This document shows positions 24,371-38,180 of a stretch of 64,000 nucleotides of DNA, in pieces; position 1 is the stretch's first letter; each line of letters begins with the position of its first letter. A program made the position numbers and the translations under genes. This DNA is from Octopus sinensis. Lineage: Eukaryota. The notes under the pieces were generated by a model that had not been told where the DNA came from, did no database searches, and worked only from the letters and a program-made list of their open reading frames with translations. The stretch is taken from positions 185,814,001 through 185,878,000 of the forward strand of contig NC_042997.1 in NCBI RefSeq assembly GCF_006345805.1, written 5' to 3'.

Positions 24371-25550
24371 AGAATATATATATATATACACACGTATACA
24401 CATCGATACACGCGCACGTATATGCATACGCATAGAAATTCAGACTACGGGACCTAGTTTAAGACTTATGATTGAGAAGAAAATCATATGCTCTAAGATC
24501 AGAACAGAAAATTTGAAACAAAATACGGTGTACGGGTTCGAGCTACAGTTGTTAGTTGCAAAATTCAGTATGAATAAGATGTCAGACAATTTCGTTGTCA
24601 GTTGTTTTCGCCCTGTACTAAGACTCCTGCATATAAAAGGAGTTCACTTCTGACTTTATGTCCAAAGTTGGTCCGGTGTGGATTAATACGGCCACCTAAT
24701 CTGCGGTATAGGGGTTGCTGGAGCTGTTTTACTCGTATACTTCGACACTGCATTTGCCACACATAAGTTGAATAAGAAGAAAATAGAACTTATAATCTTC
24801 AAATTCCAATAAATGCTCAGCAAAAATTTCCCCCCACCCCATCCTACGCTCACAAGGATATAATAATAGATCGCCACTACACATTTTTTATTTTCTCTCC
24901 TTGTTTCTTTCTGTGTTCTTTTTGTGGAAGAGCGTAGGCTCGAAATGTTAAAGACTTTTTCACTTCCCGAGCGTTATACTAATACATCTGTTTGTTGTCT
25001 ACACCACCTGTCTTTGTCTTTTGTTTTTGTTTTTTGTAAATTCTCCTTATATAATAAACATACACATGTTTATTCTGATCAACAATAAAAGAAAAGATTT
25101 TCTAGTCCCACTTTTGGGACAAGAACGCAAAACTTCCAGACAGATGATAAAAGAAAACAAGGACGGGTCTTTCGGAGTTTTCTTTCCTCAATCGAGTCCC
25201 AGATTATCTTTGCAATTTCGGCTGGTTATTCTCGAGGCTTCTCCAATCTGGCCAGCGCCAAGGAAAAACTAAGCTAAGAGCACTAGATTCCTTGGAAGAA
25301 AGCAGCGAATGTATACGAAACCAAGGATGGAAAAACGGAGAAATGGTACACAAATACAAATAATAGGACATTAACAACGGGTGTCTTTCGACTAAGGACG
25401 AATTAAATCAAGCTGGCTTGTGTGGAAGTAAAGCCTTACGGCAGGGACATAATCGATTTGTATAGGAAGATTCCGTGTGTGCTGTCGCTTTAATTACTCC
25501 AGAAAGGAGTAATTGTTTATTTGGAAAAAAAAAGACCATCCCGAAATACA

Positions 25551-25639
<89 letters not shown>

Positions 25640-26074
25640 CACATATATATATATAAATCTTTGGTAAATTTCTAACTTACCCCACCCATACCTATTATTT
25701 AATTGCAATATTGCCATGCAAAAGTAAGCACTTGGTCAAAAAAATACGTAGGTTCACATCCAGTAGTACATTGGATATTTAATATCCCTTAGATGCTTTA
25801 TTAACCTCTAACTGATACAGACATTTATATATATATATGTAAGTAGCAGCATATAGGTAGCAGCGATATAATTGTCATAGAATACAATTTCAACTCAAAT
25901 GCAAAAATTAATTAGGAAAAAACGTATCCTTTCCAATATTTCGAGAATGTTCATATTTTTGATTGCATCTTGCTTTATTCAAACTGATTCGTTTACGAGT
26001 TTCATGTACTGATTTACGTACTAAATTATTTACAAGTTAACAGGAGCAACAACAAGAATAACTTTAGCAGCAAC

Positions 26075-26132
<58 letters not shown>

Positions 26133-26499
26133 ACGGTGGTGGTGAGGGTAGCAGCAACTTATCAACATTCACATGAAATGTTAGAAGAAAATGTATTAGT
26201 ATTAGTAGTAGTTAGTATTTTTCTATGTATATGCACAGAGGAATATCTATGTTCCATAACAGTAGGAGAAAAAAAACAAATCAACAGCACAAAACATGAA
26301 AAATATTTCTGTATTTCTTGTGAAATATTATAAACAATATTAACCCTGATTTGTAATGATAGTTTCTTTTTTCCTTTTTTTAATTTGTCGGCTAGACATT
26401 ATATCATTTCTGAATTTTCATGAAAAATTAATTAAATCTCAGATTTCTCACTTGTTTCTTATTATTTTCATCATTTGAAATGGAAAAATGCGAAACTAA

Positions 26500-26505
26500 T
26501 TACTA

Positions 26506-26564
<59 letters not shown>

Positions 26565-26596
26565 TTATTATTATTATTATTATTATTATTTTATTA

Positions 26597-26668
<72 letters not shown>

Positions 26669-26670
26669 TA
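26500..26670. repeat. (TAT)n tract
   Basis: Direct inspection. Confidence 0.95.
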
Positions 26671-26680
26671 TTGCTATCTT

Positions 26681-27540
26681 TGAAGGCGACAAGCTGGTAG
26701 AATTCATTGAAAACCAGGCTAAATGCTTAGCGACATTTCCCCTGTCGTTACTTTCTGAGTTCAAATTCCGCCGAGGTCGTCTTTGCTTTTCATCCTTTCG
26801 CGGTCGATAAATTAAGCACCGGTTACGTACTGGGGTCGATGTAATCAATCAATCCCCTCCCTCAAAATTTCAGGCCTTGTGCCTATAGTTGAAAGGATTA
26901 TTATTGAAGGTGACTAGCTGGCTGAATCCATAGGACATCGGAAAAAATGCTTAACGGTATTTCGTTCATCGTACGTTCTGAGTTCAAATTCCGCCGAGGT
27001 CGACTTTGCCTTTCATCATTTCTGGGTCGATAAATTAAGTACCAGTGAAACACTGGGTTCGATATAATCGACTACTTCGCTCCCTCAAATTTCAGGCCTT
27101 GTGCCTATAGTTGAAAGGATTATTCTTATGATTACCGAAGGCGACAAGCTGGCAGAATACATAGAACGCTGGGTCAAGTGCTTAGCGGCATTTCGTCCGG
27201 CCTTACGTTCAGAGTTCAATTTGCGCCAAGGTCAGCTTTACCTTTTATCCTTTCGGGGTCAATAAAATAAGGACCAGTGAAACACTGGGGCCGATGTAAT
27301 CGACTTGTCTCTTCTCGCCAAATTTCAGGCCTTGTGCCTATAATAGAAAAGATTAAGGCGGCAAGGTGCTTAGCGGCATTTCGTCCGTCTTTATGTACTC
27401 AGTTCAAATATTACCGAGGTCGATTTTTGTCTTTCGTCCTTTCGGGGTCGATAAAATAAGTATCAGTCAAATGCTGGGGTCAGTATAATCGACTAGCCCT
27501 CTCCCTCAAATGTCAGGCCCTGTACCTATAGTAGAAAGGA
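26681..27540 (+). mobile_element. Tandem array of four family A SINEs (tail type 2)
   Basis: Heads near 26681, 26906, 27137 and 27355, each followed by the core and the tail aaatttcaggccttgtgcctatag. Confidence 0.88.
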
Positions 27541-28336
27541 GAACCACATAACCGCCCTACCTTTATTTCATTTTATTTTAACTGCTATATACTATGTACG
27601 CTTCCCTTCTCTACCTTACAGTACACTGTGTATAATTTCTATACATTTATATTTATTTTTACTCTCATTTCATTATATGTAACCTGCCACAGTTAATGAC
27701 TGTCTTTGCACAGTCACCATCAATTCTCGCCCTGGTGGCAAATAAAAGTATTATTATAATAGACTGGTATTTTTGCTATAGAACTAAGAAATAATTATTT
27801 TCTTTCACAAATGCTGGGTTGAAAAACTTATTTTTATTTTGCTTCTTGTTATAAGAGAATGAATAACCTATGAATATGCATTATTCAATATTAATTATAT
27901 ATGCAATTATTTCGAATGCAGAAATTATAACCAAGTAGAAATTATACATAATTGTCAATTAACGTAAATAGGAATGAGAAATGCAATTAAAAATTACATT
28001 TATTAAAGTAACCGTAATAGCAGCGTATGAAATACGATAGTGTGTAACGTACTACTTCAGAATTTTAGAATATGATACCTTTATATATATATATATATAT
28101 ATATATAGGTGGCTAGGTATATATTTACATATGTATGTTGTTATTCAGTTTTATTTCAAGATTTCTTGCCAATAGCGAAAGATCCGGTTTCTAACCTAGG
28201 TCCAACGCTCCTTCATTGGAATTTCAACACAAACAACAAGGTATTTTTGTGTGTATGTATATGTGCAAGTTTGTGTTTTGTTTTCTGTATGTCTTCTCAT
28301 GCATATACTTACATATCTAGACATGCTCATATATAC

Positions 28337-29214
28337 TTAATTGATGAACTTCTGGAAAGTTTTACAGATCTTTACTGTTCCAGTGATGGCTTGGATCTGT
28401 AATCTTCGAATTAGTTCTCTCCTTTCTGGTTTTGAGAAGTCTAATTTCTGAAGATTGGTATTTAAGCAGTGTGTTACATATCCCAGGGTCCCAATAATTA
28501 CAGGTATAAACCTGAACTTATAATCTGGACAGAGTAACTGCAGGTTGCTTAATAGTTCAATGTAGGTTTTCTCTTTTTCGCTGATCTTTAGCTTTATGTT
28601 AACATCTGCTGGGCAGCTGATTTCTATGACTGTACACAATCAAATCATTATATTGGGTCTATTGTGTTTACATTTTATTGAGGTTTTCACTGTGGCATTC
28701 CACCAGTACTCATTTTTATTATGAGTGGCTATGGTTTCCACCATACTATGAGTTCTTATTTCTTTGTCCTTGAGATTATCCTTTCGACAGATACCGTTAT
28801 ACAGTGTCCTAGTTACAACATAATGTTTCATTGGTGGATAATACCGTGATGACATTTTTCGGACAACTGCTTATGATGTGGGTGACATCTTCGGTGTTAA
28901 CTCCATAAATTCTGCATCGGTTGTCACACGTTACTGCTTTTCCTGCACCTTTGTTCGTTTGGGACACCAGGTATTTAGTTGATATTTCCGTTTGCAATCC
29001 AGGATTGCAAACGCATACCCTTCAAAATGGGAGGTAGTAATCCTCTTGTCGCGCCGTGTCTACTTTGATGATAAATGTTACTATCATCTCTGAGCTTTCT
29101 ACTAACATATCCATGCATGGTATTCTGCTCATATACGCTCATCCTTTCATCTGATGATACATTGCAGTAGACTCGTGCAACTTCTTCGAGCATGTGTTTA
29201 AGGTTATCAGGCAA
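28337..29214 (-). mobile_element. Degenerate RLE-type non-LTR retrotransposon (R4/Dong-like) 3' fragment
   Basis: Frameshifted ORFs give MHG, a zinc-knuckle remnant (CRIxG..EDVTHIISSCP), KHxVV (RHD-like), WWN...HNRPNI, IEISCP..N..K..EK..Y..L and FIPVIIGTLG, which form the restriction-like endonuclease signature. Confidence 0.85.
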
Positions 29215-30746
29215 AAGTGGAAAAGATCAAGGAATTGCGAGCAGGGGTTAGTCGATTTTGTGTAAGTAGATTGAATGAGGAAAAATTAAGATAGGAGTGG
29301 TCGGTAGATGTGTAAAATATGGAGACGCGGAGTTGAAGATATTCAATAGAAACGCAGAAATTTAGAAAGTGGCCGAAGTGGGGAATTCTATTAAGTCTTT
29401 GACTACAGGTTCCCGACTGGACATTCACTGGTTCATTGCATTTCTGATGGATTGAGCGATAAATGAGTGTCATCGGCCTTTCGATTTCTCTCTGATGATT
29501 ACAGCCTTTGGCATGACGGATTCGCAACATATACACACACATTCACATCCACACGCACACACACACACACATACGCACACGCATTAACATAAACGAGAAA
29601 TAGGAAAGCGAGCGGCATCCCTTTGGCAACCATGCATTCAGGCATGCACTAACCATAGATGTTACATTTCACAAATTGCTATATAGAATGGAAAAAATAT
29701 AAAAAGGAAACCAATATTAAGTTTTAAAATAAACAGCCGTTCTTATTTTGGGGCTTGGATTTATTTTTATTCTGTATTTTTAATGTCTAATATCAGAATC
29801 TACAATGGAAATACATGTCCGAAAACAACTGAACCCGATTTGCATTTGAGATATCTCAAGCAGCTTATAGCATCAAACACCAACCATTATAGGTTAAGTC
29901 AGTTCTATTTCCATATTCATAACTAACTCTCGTGTAGCCGAAATTACGAGGATAATCTGGTGCTTGACTGAGGAAAGAAAATTTCGAATGACTCCGTCTT
30001 TGCTTTCTTTGTATCGTCTATCTGGATGTTTTGTTGTCCCTTTTTGTATCACCTAGCTCTCCGCATGTTTTGCGTTCTTGTCCCATTTTGTATTATATAT
30101 ATATAATATATATATATATATAGTGTGGGGGTCAAAGGTACAAAAAACAAGTAGGTATAGTAGTTTGACACTCGAAAAAAAAAAAGGAAAAAGTCTTTGA
30201 TGTTTCGAGCCTATTCTCGCCGACAGAAACGAATGAGAAGAAAAAATGGAAAGAGAGAGAGAAAAAACATGTTGGGATTAATGATTGAGTTTACTGTTCC
30301 ATTATATATAAATTCAAACTAATAAGAACTCCATCGTGCGAGATATAAATATGAATTAATAGACGCAGGAGCTTAACGACCTACGACAAGTTCCATGGTG
30401 CGATAGTACAGTAAACGAATGAGCTTGTATAGCGGCAAGTGAAATCATGTCAGTGATCGGGTCTCAGTTCGCATGACGAAAATTCTGATGACACTAAACA
30501 ATAAGTGTTTAGGCTAAGTTAATAGTCTTCGTGTGATTTTGAACGGCTAATATGTCTCCCACACTGTAATGATTTAGGTGTCAACGCACGGTCTCAGGTC
30601 AAATGATTTGCCTGGCAAGTACACCTCCAAAGTGTTCATACATACACACACACACACACATATATACACGCACACACATATTTATGTACGTATATATACA
30701 TATATATGTATACATATGTGTATATACATAAATATATATTATATAT

Positions 30747-30796
<50 letters not shown>

Positions 30797-30836
30797 ATAT
30801 ACATATATATACTTCTATGCATATATATATATGTCC

Positions 30837-31392
30837 ATTATATAAAATCCGTTCTGTCCGTCTGTGTGTGTATCTTCTAGAATCTCGGGTATCCTTCATT
30901 CGATTGCGCTCAAATTTGATATATCGATACCGACGGTATCAGAGCATGTATAAGTCTTGAAGAAATTACAAAAATCGATTCCAGGAGAGAATGCGATCGA
31001 TAAAGCCGTTTTTGTCCTGCTTTTCTTCCGTCAACCTGTACATAACTGCACCTTCCATTTTTTGTTGTTTTTGTACTGCTTAAAGGCACGTTTCTTTCCT
31101 GACAAGCTTACTGTTTAAACCATGTTTGTGTTCTCTCAGTCAACAGCTTTATCATTGCTGGTACTTTAAACTCTTCGGTTGTATATTTGTGTGAATAAAA
31201 TCCTTTTTCTTTGGAATAGAAAAAGTCTATCTTTATTTCTTCTTTTGCTGGTGTCTCAAATTTAGGTTAGATCAGTATTTCTCAAAGAGGAGGACCAATG
31301 GGACGGTCGGACAAGTTGTTCTGAGAAAATTTGATTTAAATGTTTGACAACTCAGCACCGTCCATTGGACGGGGGGCGTTTTGCTCGTATAA
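30837..31392 (+). mobile_element. Non-autonomous Helitron/Helentron-like element (homologous to 17061-17422)
   Basis: Shared termini and body in opposite orientation. Confidence 0.55.
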
Positions 31393-31962
31393 TATATATA
31401 CACATGTTTGTGTGCATATATACTATAAGATTATAGAAATAAAATAAAAAAAGAAGTGTAGGAGATTGACTGTAGTATATCTGGTGCGCCAACCCTAAAA
31501 CTTTAGTGTCAATGTCTCCTAGTCAATACATGATATCAGATCTTATTTCTGAGATGTGATAACAGACTTCTAAAATCTAATACAATTCGCTACTAAATAG
31601 GCATCCTGCTGGGCAATATATTGTTGTTTTATCATTAGACCCGTTATCATACCTGCTTTGAAAGCATAACCTATATATATAGGCCAACAGTCTTCGCACG
31701 GTCCCTCGACCTGCTAGATAGATTCGCATAATTCCCCATCAAGTCACTTCGTACTGTCTATACAAAGGGAAAGCAACATTGTACTTGTACACCAGGGTAC
31801 GACTATATCTAAAAATTGGATGCAGTTGGATGCATTTGAAATGTTTTAGTTGATAGTTCTTCTCGGTCCGACTAAGTACTACAAAAATATATATACATAA
31901 CAATAATCAAATTACGCTAAAGGAAGTCCTTAAACTGAAGTTGGAAACAACTTTCATCTTTT

Positions 31963-32010
<48 letters not shown>

Positions 32011-32031
32011 GGTGATCTGAAGCTGTGTAGC

Positions 32032-32063
<32 letters not shown>

Positions 32064-32123
32064 TGTATATCTATACATAAATATATGTATATCTATCTAT
32101 GTATCTGTATATATATCTTTCTG

Positions 32124-32181
<58 letters not shown>

Positions 32182-32206
32182 GATAGATATACATATACTT
32201 ATGTAT

Positions 32207-32597
32207 ATACTCTTTCACTCTTTCACTTGTTTCAGTCATTTGACTGCGGCCATGCTGGAGCACCGCCTTTAGTCGATCAAATCGATCCCGGGACTTATTC
32301 TTTGTAAGCCCAGTACTTATTCTATCGGTCTCTTTTGCCGAACTACTAAGTGACGGGGACGTAAACACACCAGCATCGGTTGTCAAGCAATGCTAGGGGG
32401 ACAAACACAAACACATACACACACACTTATATATATATACATATATACGACAGGCTTCTTTCAGTTTCCGTCTACCAAATCCACTCACAAGGCATTGGTC
32501 GGCCCGGGGCTATAGCAGAAGACACTTGCCCAAGATTCCACGCAGTGGGACTGAACCCGCAACCATGTGGTTGGTTAGCAAGCTACTTACCACACAT
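32207..32597 (-). mobile_element. SINE family B, full length
   Basis: Complete reverse copy flanked by a repeated target motif. Confidence 0.92.
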
Positions 32598-32639
32598 ATA
32601 TACAGATACATAGATAGATATACATATACTTATGTGTAT

Positions 32640-33252
32640 TTTTTTTTTTCTAGTTTCAGCTCAGAGCTGCGGTCATGCTGATGCACTGCCGTTTTGTGCT
32701 ACACTTTTATTACGAAGAACCTCGTCTAATATGTGGCACTACGTGAAAAATGGAATTTGATATAGCTACTCTCATTTTCACCTCTTGCCGTGAGGTAGGT
32801 TCATCTGGGACTCTCGACAGGAAGATGTCCAGCTTTAATTTAAAAACCGCTCATTCTACTTTGTGCAAGTTCCTCAGACTCTTTGGGAGAATATTAAAAA
32901 GCTGTGGGCCCTTGAAACCCAGGCTATTGCAGTAACTGGTCCTGAAGCGTGATGGCATTGCTGGGACCTTTGGCACTATGCAGTGTCGTCCCGTTCTAGC
33001 ATTGGTGTAGCTTACAATGCCAAAATTTGGCACAATTCCTTCCAGGATCTTCCAGACATATCTTACGGCATACCTCTCCCGTCTTCTCTCCGGGGAGTAG
33101 AGTCTTAGCTGTTTCAACCTTTCCCAGTAGCTGAGCTGTTGCAAAGAGACGATCTTCTTTGTGAATCTTCTCTGGATTGCTTCAAGGTCCGCTATTAATT
33201 TTACACTGGTGGGTGAGCATAGCTGTGAGCAGTAATCCAGGTGGCTTAGGAC

Positions 33253-33255
<3 letters not shown>
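32640..33255 (-). mobile_element. CR1-clade LINE, 5'-truncated 3' end of ORF2 plus 3' UTR and A tail
   Basis: [67 protein letters not shown], then after one stop LDIFLSRVPDEP..SNS. Confidence 0.9.
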
Positions 33256-33293
<38 letters not shown>

Positions 33294-33315
33294 TACATAG
33301 ATAGATATACATATA

Positions 33316-33419
<104 letters not shown>

Positions 33420-33629
33420 ATATACATATGTATATGTATATATACATATGTATATGTATATCTATCTATGTATCTGTGTATATATATATATATACAGACA
33501 CATAGATAGATATACATATATTTATGTATATATATATAATATATAACATATATATACATGTTTATATATATGTACATTATATTTATAATATATATGTGTA
33601 TATGTATATATATGTGTATATATATTATA

Positions 33630-33672
<43 letters not shown>

Positions 33673-34413
33673 GGGGAGTTGTATCATAATTGTAAGATGA
33701 AGAAAAATAGTGGTTCACCCGCCAAAATTATAAACAATAATGAATGACCCAAACAATACAACTTATGCAGCTAGATGACAACAATATCGTAAACAAGGTG
33801 GGAGTGTTAAACATGATAAACTCGTTAAAATATAAATGGTAGGAAATTAATACTCGGATACTAACAATAATGCGGTGATTAGAATTCTCAGCCTACAATG
33901 CGTATACAGATAACAACATATTAGGAGATAGGTGCACGGATACTGTTTTGTGTTAACATAGATTATCAGCAATTGAGATGTAAAGGTATAACGTTTCCCA
34001 AGAAAGGCGGGCGGTCGGTGCCGTAAATCTGTAGTAACATTATATGACACCTGGATTTTAACACTGAAGCAACATCTCCTGCAGAGAAAAGAGCGCCGCA
34101 ACTATGTTGCTGAAGTTTAGAAATATCAAAATGAAAACATTAGGATAGCTAATGAAATTGAGGAGAAACATGAAATAAAAGCTGTCATTGATCTCTCCCT
34201 GAGGAACATTGTAAAATAGTACTTAAACACAACGAAAACAAAAACAAAAAAAAATAGACCAGTTTACTGAGAACGTTGTGTAGGGGTACTCTGAAACGAG
34301 AAACATAGCGTTGAGGAAATAAACTTCAGTAAAAGCCTGAAGTCAAATTCCGACATGTTAATAGCAACTAACCGTGAAGGTTAACAACATGCAATCCACG
34401 TATGAGAAATTTA

Positions 34414-34765
34414 GGTGCTATTTTGGCGTGTGATCTACAACTTCAAGGGCGATTACTTTAGGTTAGTTTTTATTTTCTTTACGTGCAAAACACGCGGCTG
34501 TCAAACTTGTATGATCAATGCACTTATTCTAATTATTATGTTATTTATACTTGGTTTCTTATTATTTACTAAGATATAAATGAAACACGGCTTTATTATT
34601 ATTAACATGGTAAGAATTTTGAAAAAATATATTTACATTGCTAATTATGTACAAAAGAATTTATTGTAAAAATTATGTATCCAACATGTTAAGGGTTTTT
34701 AGAACTTGAAAAGTAACCTAAAGTAACTGCCCTTTAGGTTGTAGATCACACGCCAAAGTAGCACC
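34414..34765. mobile_element. MITE with about 57-bp imperfect TIRs
   Basis: ggtgctattttggcgtgtgatctacaac.. and ..gttgtagatcacacgccaaagtagcacc. Flanks gaaattta / gaaatcga form a possible decayed 8-bp TSD. Confidence 0.75.
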
Positions 34766-34930
34766 GAAATCGACACCAGTATTTGTGTGGTTATCTTGAC
34801 CTAAACTCCTCATAGCTAGTGTATACATGTATATATGTACACACACGTATACATTCATACATACATCCTTACATACACATATATATATATACATACATAT
34901 ATATATATATACATACATACATATATATAG

Positions 34931-34963
<33 letters not shown>

Positions 34964-34998
34964 CATACATATATATATATATATACATACATATATAT

Positions 34999-35042
<44 letters not shown>

Positions 35043-35770
35043 GTGTAGCGAGTGAGTGTGTTTTTTACTGTATGTGAATATATCGCAATATCAAATTTTG
35101 TCTTCATGACCCAAGACTGACCTGTTTTAATTAATTTTCAGCAAGGGAAAGTTGTGCATATATTAGTCCCATCCCAGCCTCTTCTTTACATGCTCTGCCA
35201 TGATGTATAACGAGTGAGACAGCAATGTCAGCGAGGAGACCTAAAAAGGTGTTGATTCCTGGTGCAGGAATTGTAGGAAGTCTTTTATATTGTCATGTAA
35301 TCAATCTCAAATCTGCTTTTCCCATTACATTTACATAGCAGCCAGTTAACCAGTTTAACACTTCTGCTATATGTAAACATCTGTATATGTGTATATGCAC
35401 GCAAGTATGTATCCTAAACGTTATACATGAACTGCAGGCGTTAAAAATAGTCCCTTTCATTTGAATGACTAGACATATTATCAACGATTTTCCAGTCAGT
35501 TACCATCCTTCCGTTTTTGTCTGCAATATCCTATGTTTTCAGCTTTGTCTAAGACAGCAGGGTGTATCTCGAGTGCGATTTCACTGGTATTTCTAGCATA
35601 TCTTGCGACTACACAATGAGGTCTCACTAGTTATTCAGTTGTTTATGTTGCTGAATATCGTGGTTCCTTTGATGAACTTACTTATAATGAAAGGCGCCCC
35701 TGCCATCGCATTCATTCTCCAACGTATCATGTCTTGCTTATATGACAGGTTTAGATTTTATGAAGATTTC

Positions 35771-36065
35771 ATTGTTTGTTCCTTTTCGAGCCATGCCTGG
35801 CTCATAAGGGCCGGTTTTCCGGTTTCTTTGGCGTATAGGTTCCCCACCTGGACGGGACACTGGTCCGTCGCAGGTGAGCTGCAAGATGCAGGAGGAAAGA
35901 GTGAGAGAAAGTTGTGGCGAAAGAGTTAGCAGAAGTTCGCCATTACCTTCTGTAGGAGCCGCGTGAAGCTTAGGTATTTCGCTCATAAACACACACATCG
36001 CCCGGTCTGAGATTCGAACCCGAGATCCCGAGTCCGCTGCTCTAACCACTAGGCCATGTGCCTTC
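35771..36065 (-). mobile_element. tRNA-derived SINE, family C, tail C2
   Basis: Head gaaggcacatggcctagtggttagagcagcggactc, body cctgcgacggaccagtgtcccgtccagg, tail ggctcgaaaaggaacaaacaa. Confidence 0.88.
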
Positions 36066-37946
36066 ACAAATATTTCATTGCTTTTTTTCGGTAGGTTAAA
36101 TGATTAAATAGTACCTCATTACTATTGTGTGATTAAACAAGCCGGCTTGTTTAATGCATGTAACTTTCAAAGGACGGTAAGTATTTATGGAAACTGAAAA
36201 CAGTTTTTAAATAAATATTTTACGAAAATCTCTGCGGTTCGATCCTTCGTTCTATGAATTCATGGCCTGGGATCGCAGTCAATCGAACATTCTGATCCCG
36301 TCTTACCCTTTCATAACTGTTTCTCTTGAAATGTAATTTTAGCAGTATCATGATACGCGTTTTTTTTTAGCAAAACACAATGTACTAATCAACATATACT
36401 AGAAATATTAACACAATTAGATTTATCAACCCAGGCGGATAAACCACCAAAAGAATCTCTACAATCTACAGGAAAAAGCAGGTAAATCTCACTTAAATTC
36501 CAGATTACCATCTAAAAAGAAAAAAGAGCATCATGGATGATGCGGTTCTTGATCACCAGCTTCTGAGACAATTTCTACCTGGGGAAAATTTCAGCATTTC
36601 CGCAGGAGATATGGATATTCCACGACGACGTTGTTCGTAGGTTGTGGGAATACTTTTCCTTGATGTTCTGTGATATAAATATTAAAATAACTCCTTAATA
36701 AATGGTTTTGTTATAAATTATGTTGTGTGCAAGACAACGAAATGTATAAATCAAGAAATATAAACAAAAGATTAAACAAATGCATTCTAGATGCGCCTGT
36801 CTTGAAATATAAGATGGAATGGTCGCGGAAGAAATGCTTTTGATCATAGGTCTCCTCTGTCTATATAGGCCTTGGGGTTAAACGACATTGCCAACAACAC
36901 ATCGTAAACTTCGATTTTAAACAAAAGAATTGATATAATTATCCCAATAAATACAAAACACAAAACAAAATAGCGAACATATATATAGAAACTTTGATAT
37001 TAATATCATTCTGGCAATTACTAAAACACTCGTTTTGAAAATAGAAGCTAATCGAAACTAATATCATGAAAACGGTTACAAATATTAACATTCTAAATTA
37101 CTAGCAACTCAAACAGAGACTTCAATAATAAAATATGAAATAAGAAGCAAAATAGAATATAATGAAAGGAGTATGTCAGTTCGCAAAATATATTATATAT
37201 AATAGTTATGGGGAAAGGTTGTAGCCAGGAACATTTGCAGGGCCATGGAGACTCATGGGAGGTATCAAACCGGAGGACTGGCCCGAATGCTTTCACTAGA
37301 GCAGTTTGAATTCAAGGTGCCAGGCAGAGGTGTTCATTAAATCGGACGACGGATTAGAGGTTGGCATTTATGTAAGTCACGGTGGGATTTGAGCGCAGAA
37401 TGATAAGACCCAAAATAAGCGTTGCAAGTGGTCCCTTCGGTGTTCTTATACTTTTACCAATCTACTGTCCTTGATTGCTAAATTTCTACCAACTTCGAAA
37501 CGATGAAACTCAGAGTAAACTTCGACCGGATTTGAAATTAGGGCGAATAAAATCCGAACATACTGCGAGACATTATATCTGACACTCTAACTAAAACTTT
37601 GCTCGCAGTATTCAAATGACATGTCTAATTTAAAACGTACAGTTTTACTAACAACACCATTCACACACGCACACGTAAACACACATACACACACACACAC
37701 AATGTAAGGAGATACTTTAAGAATGTATTTTATTTTATCAACCCCAGTGCAAGACATCATATGCGACTTCTGTAGGATTTCGATTCAAATCTCGAAAGCA
37801 TGAAGAGACGTAAATAAATTCACAAAATATTTTGCTACCTTTACTCCACCTTTTCAGTTGACAAACGATCTATGCATAATATAGCACTTTGTTTATCACG
37901 GCTATATATGCTATATATTTATAAAAAGTTATAATATAGTCACATT

Positions 37947-38180
37947 AAGGCGGCGAGCTGGCAGAAACGTTAGCACGTCGGGCGAAATGCGTAGCCGTAT
38001 TTCGTCTGCCGTTACGTTCTGAGTTCAAATTCCGCCGAGGTCGACTTTGCCTTTTATCCTTTCGGGGTCGATAAGTTAAGTACCAGTTACACACTGAGGT
38101 CGATGTAATCGACTTAATCCCTTTGTCTGTCCTTGTTTGTCCCTTCTGTGTTTAGCCCCTTGTGGGTAGTAAAGAAATAG
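37947..38180 (+). mobile_element. SINE family A, tail type 1, with TSD
   Basis: Full length; atatagtcacatt repeated on both flanks. Confidence 0.92.

Noticed and set aside
30485-30515. ctgatgacactaaac..gtttagg
   Set aside because: No GAAA core follows.
33847-34101. Cadherin-like reading (DLRHRPPAFLGKRYTF) on the minus strand
   Set aside because: Lacks the DxNDNxPxF and other calcium-binding motifs.
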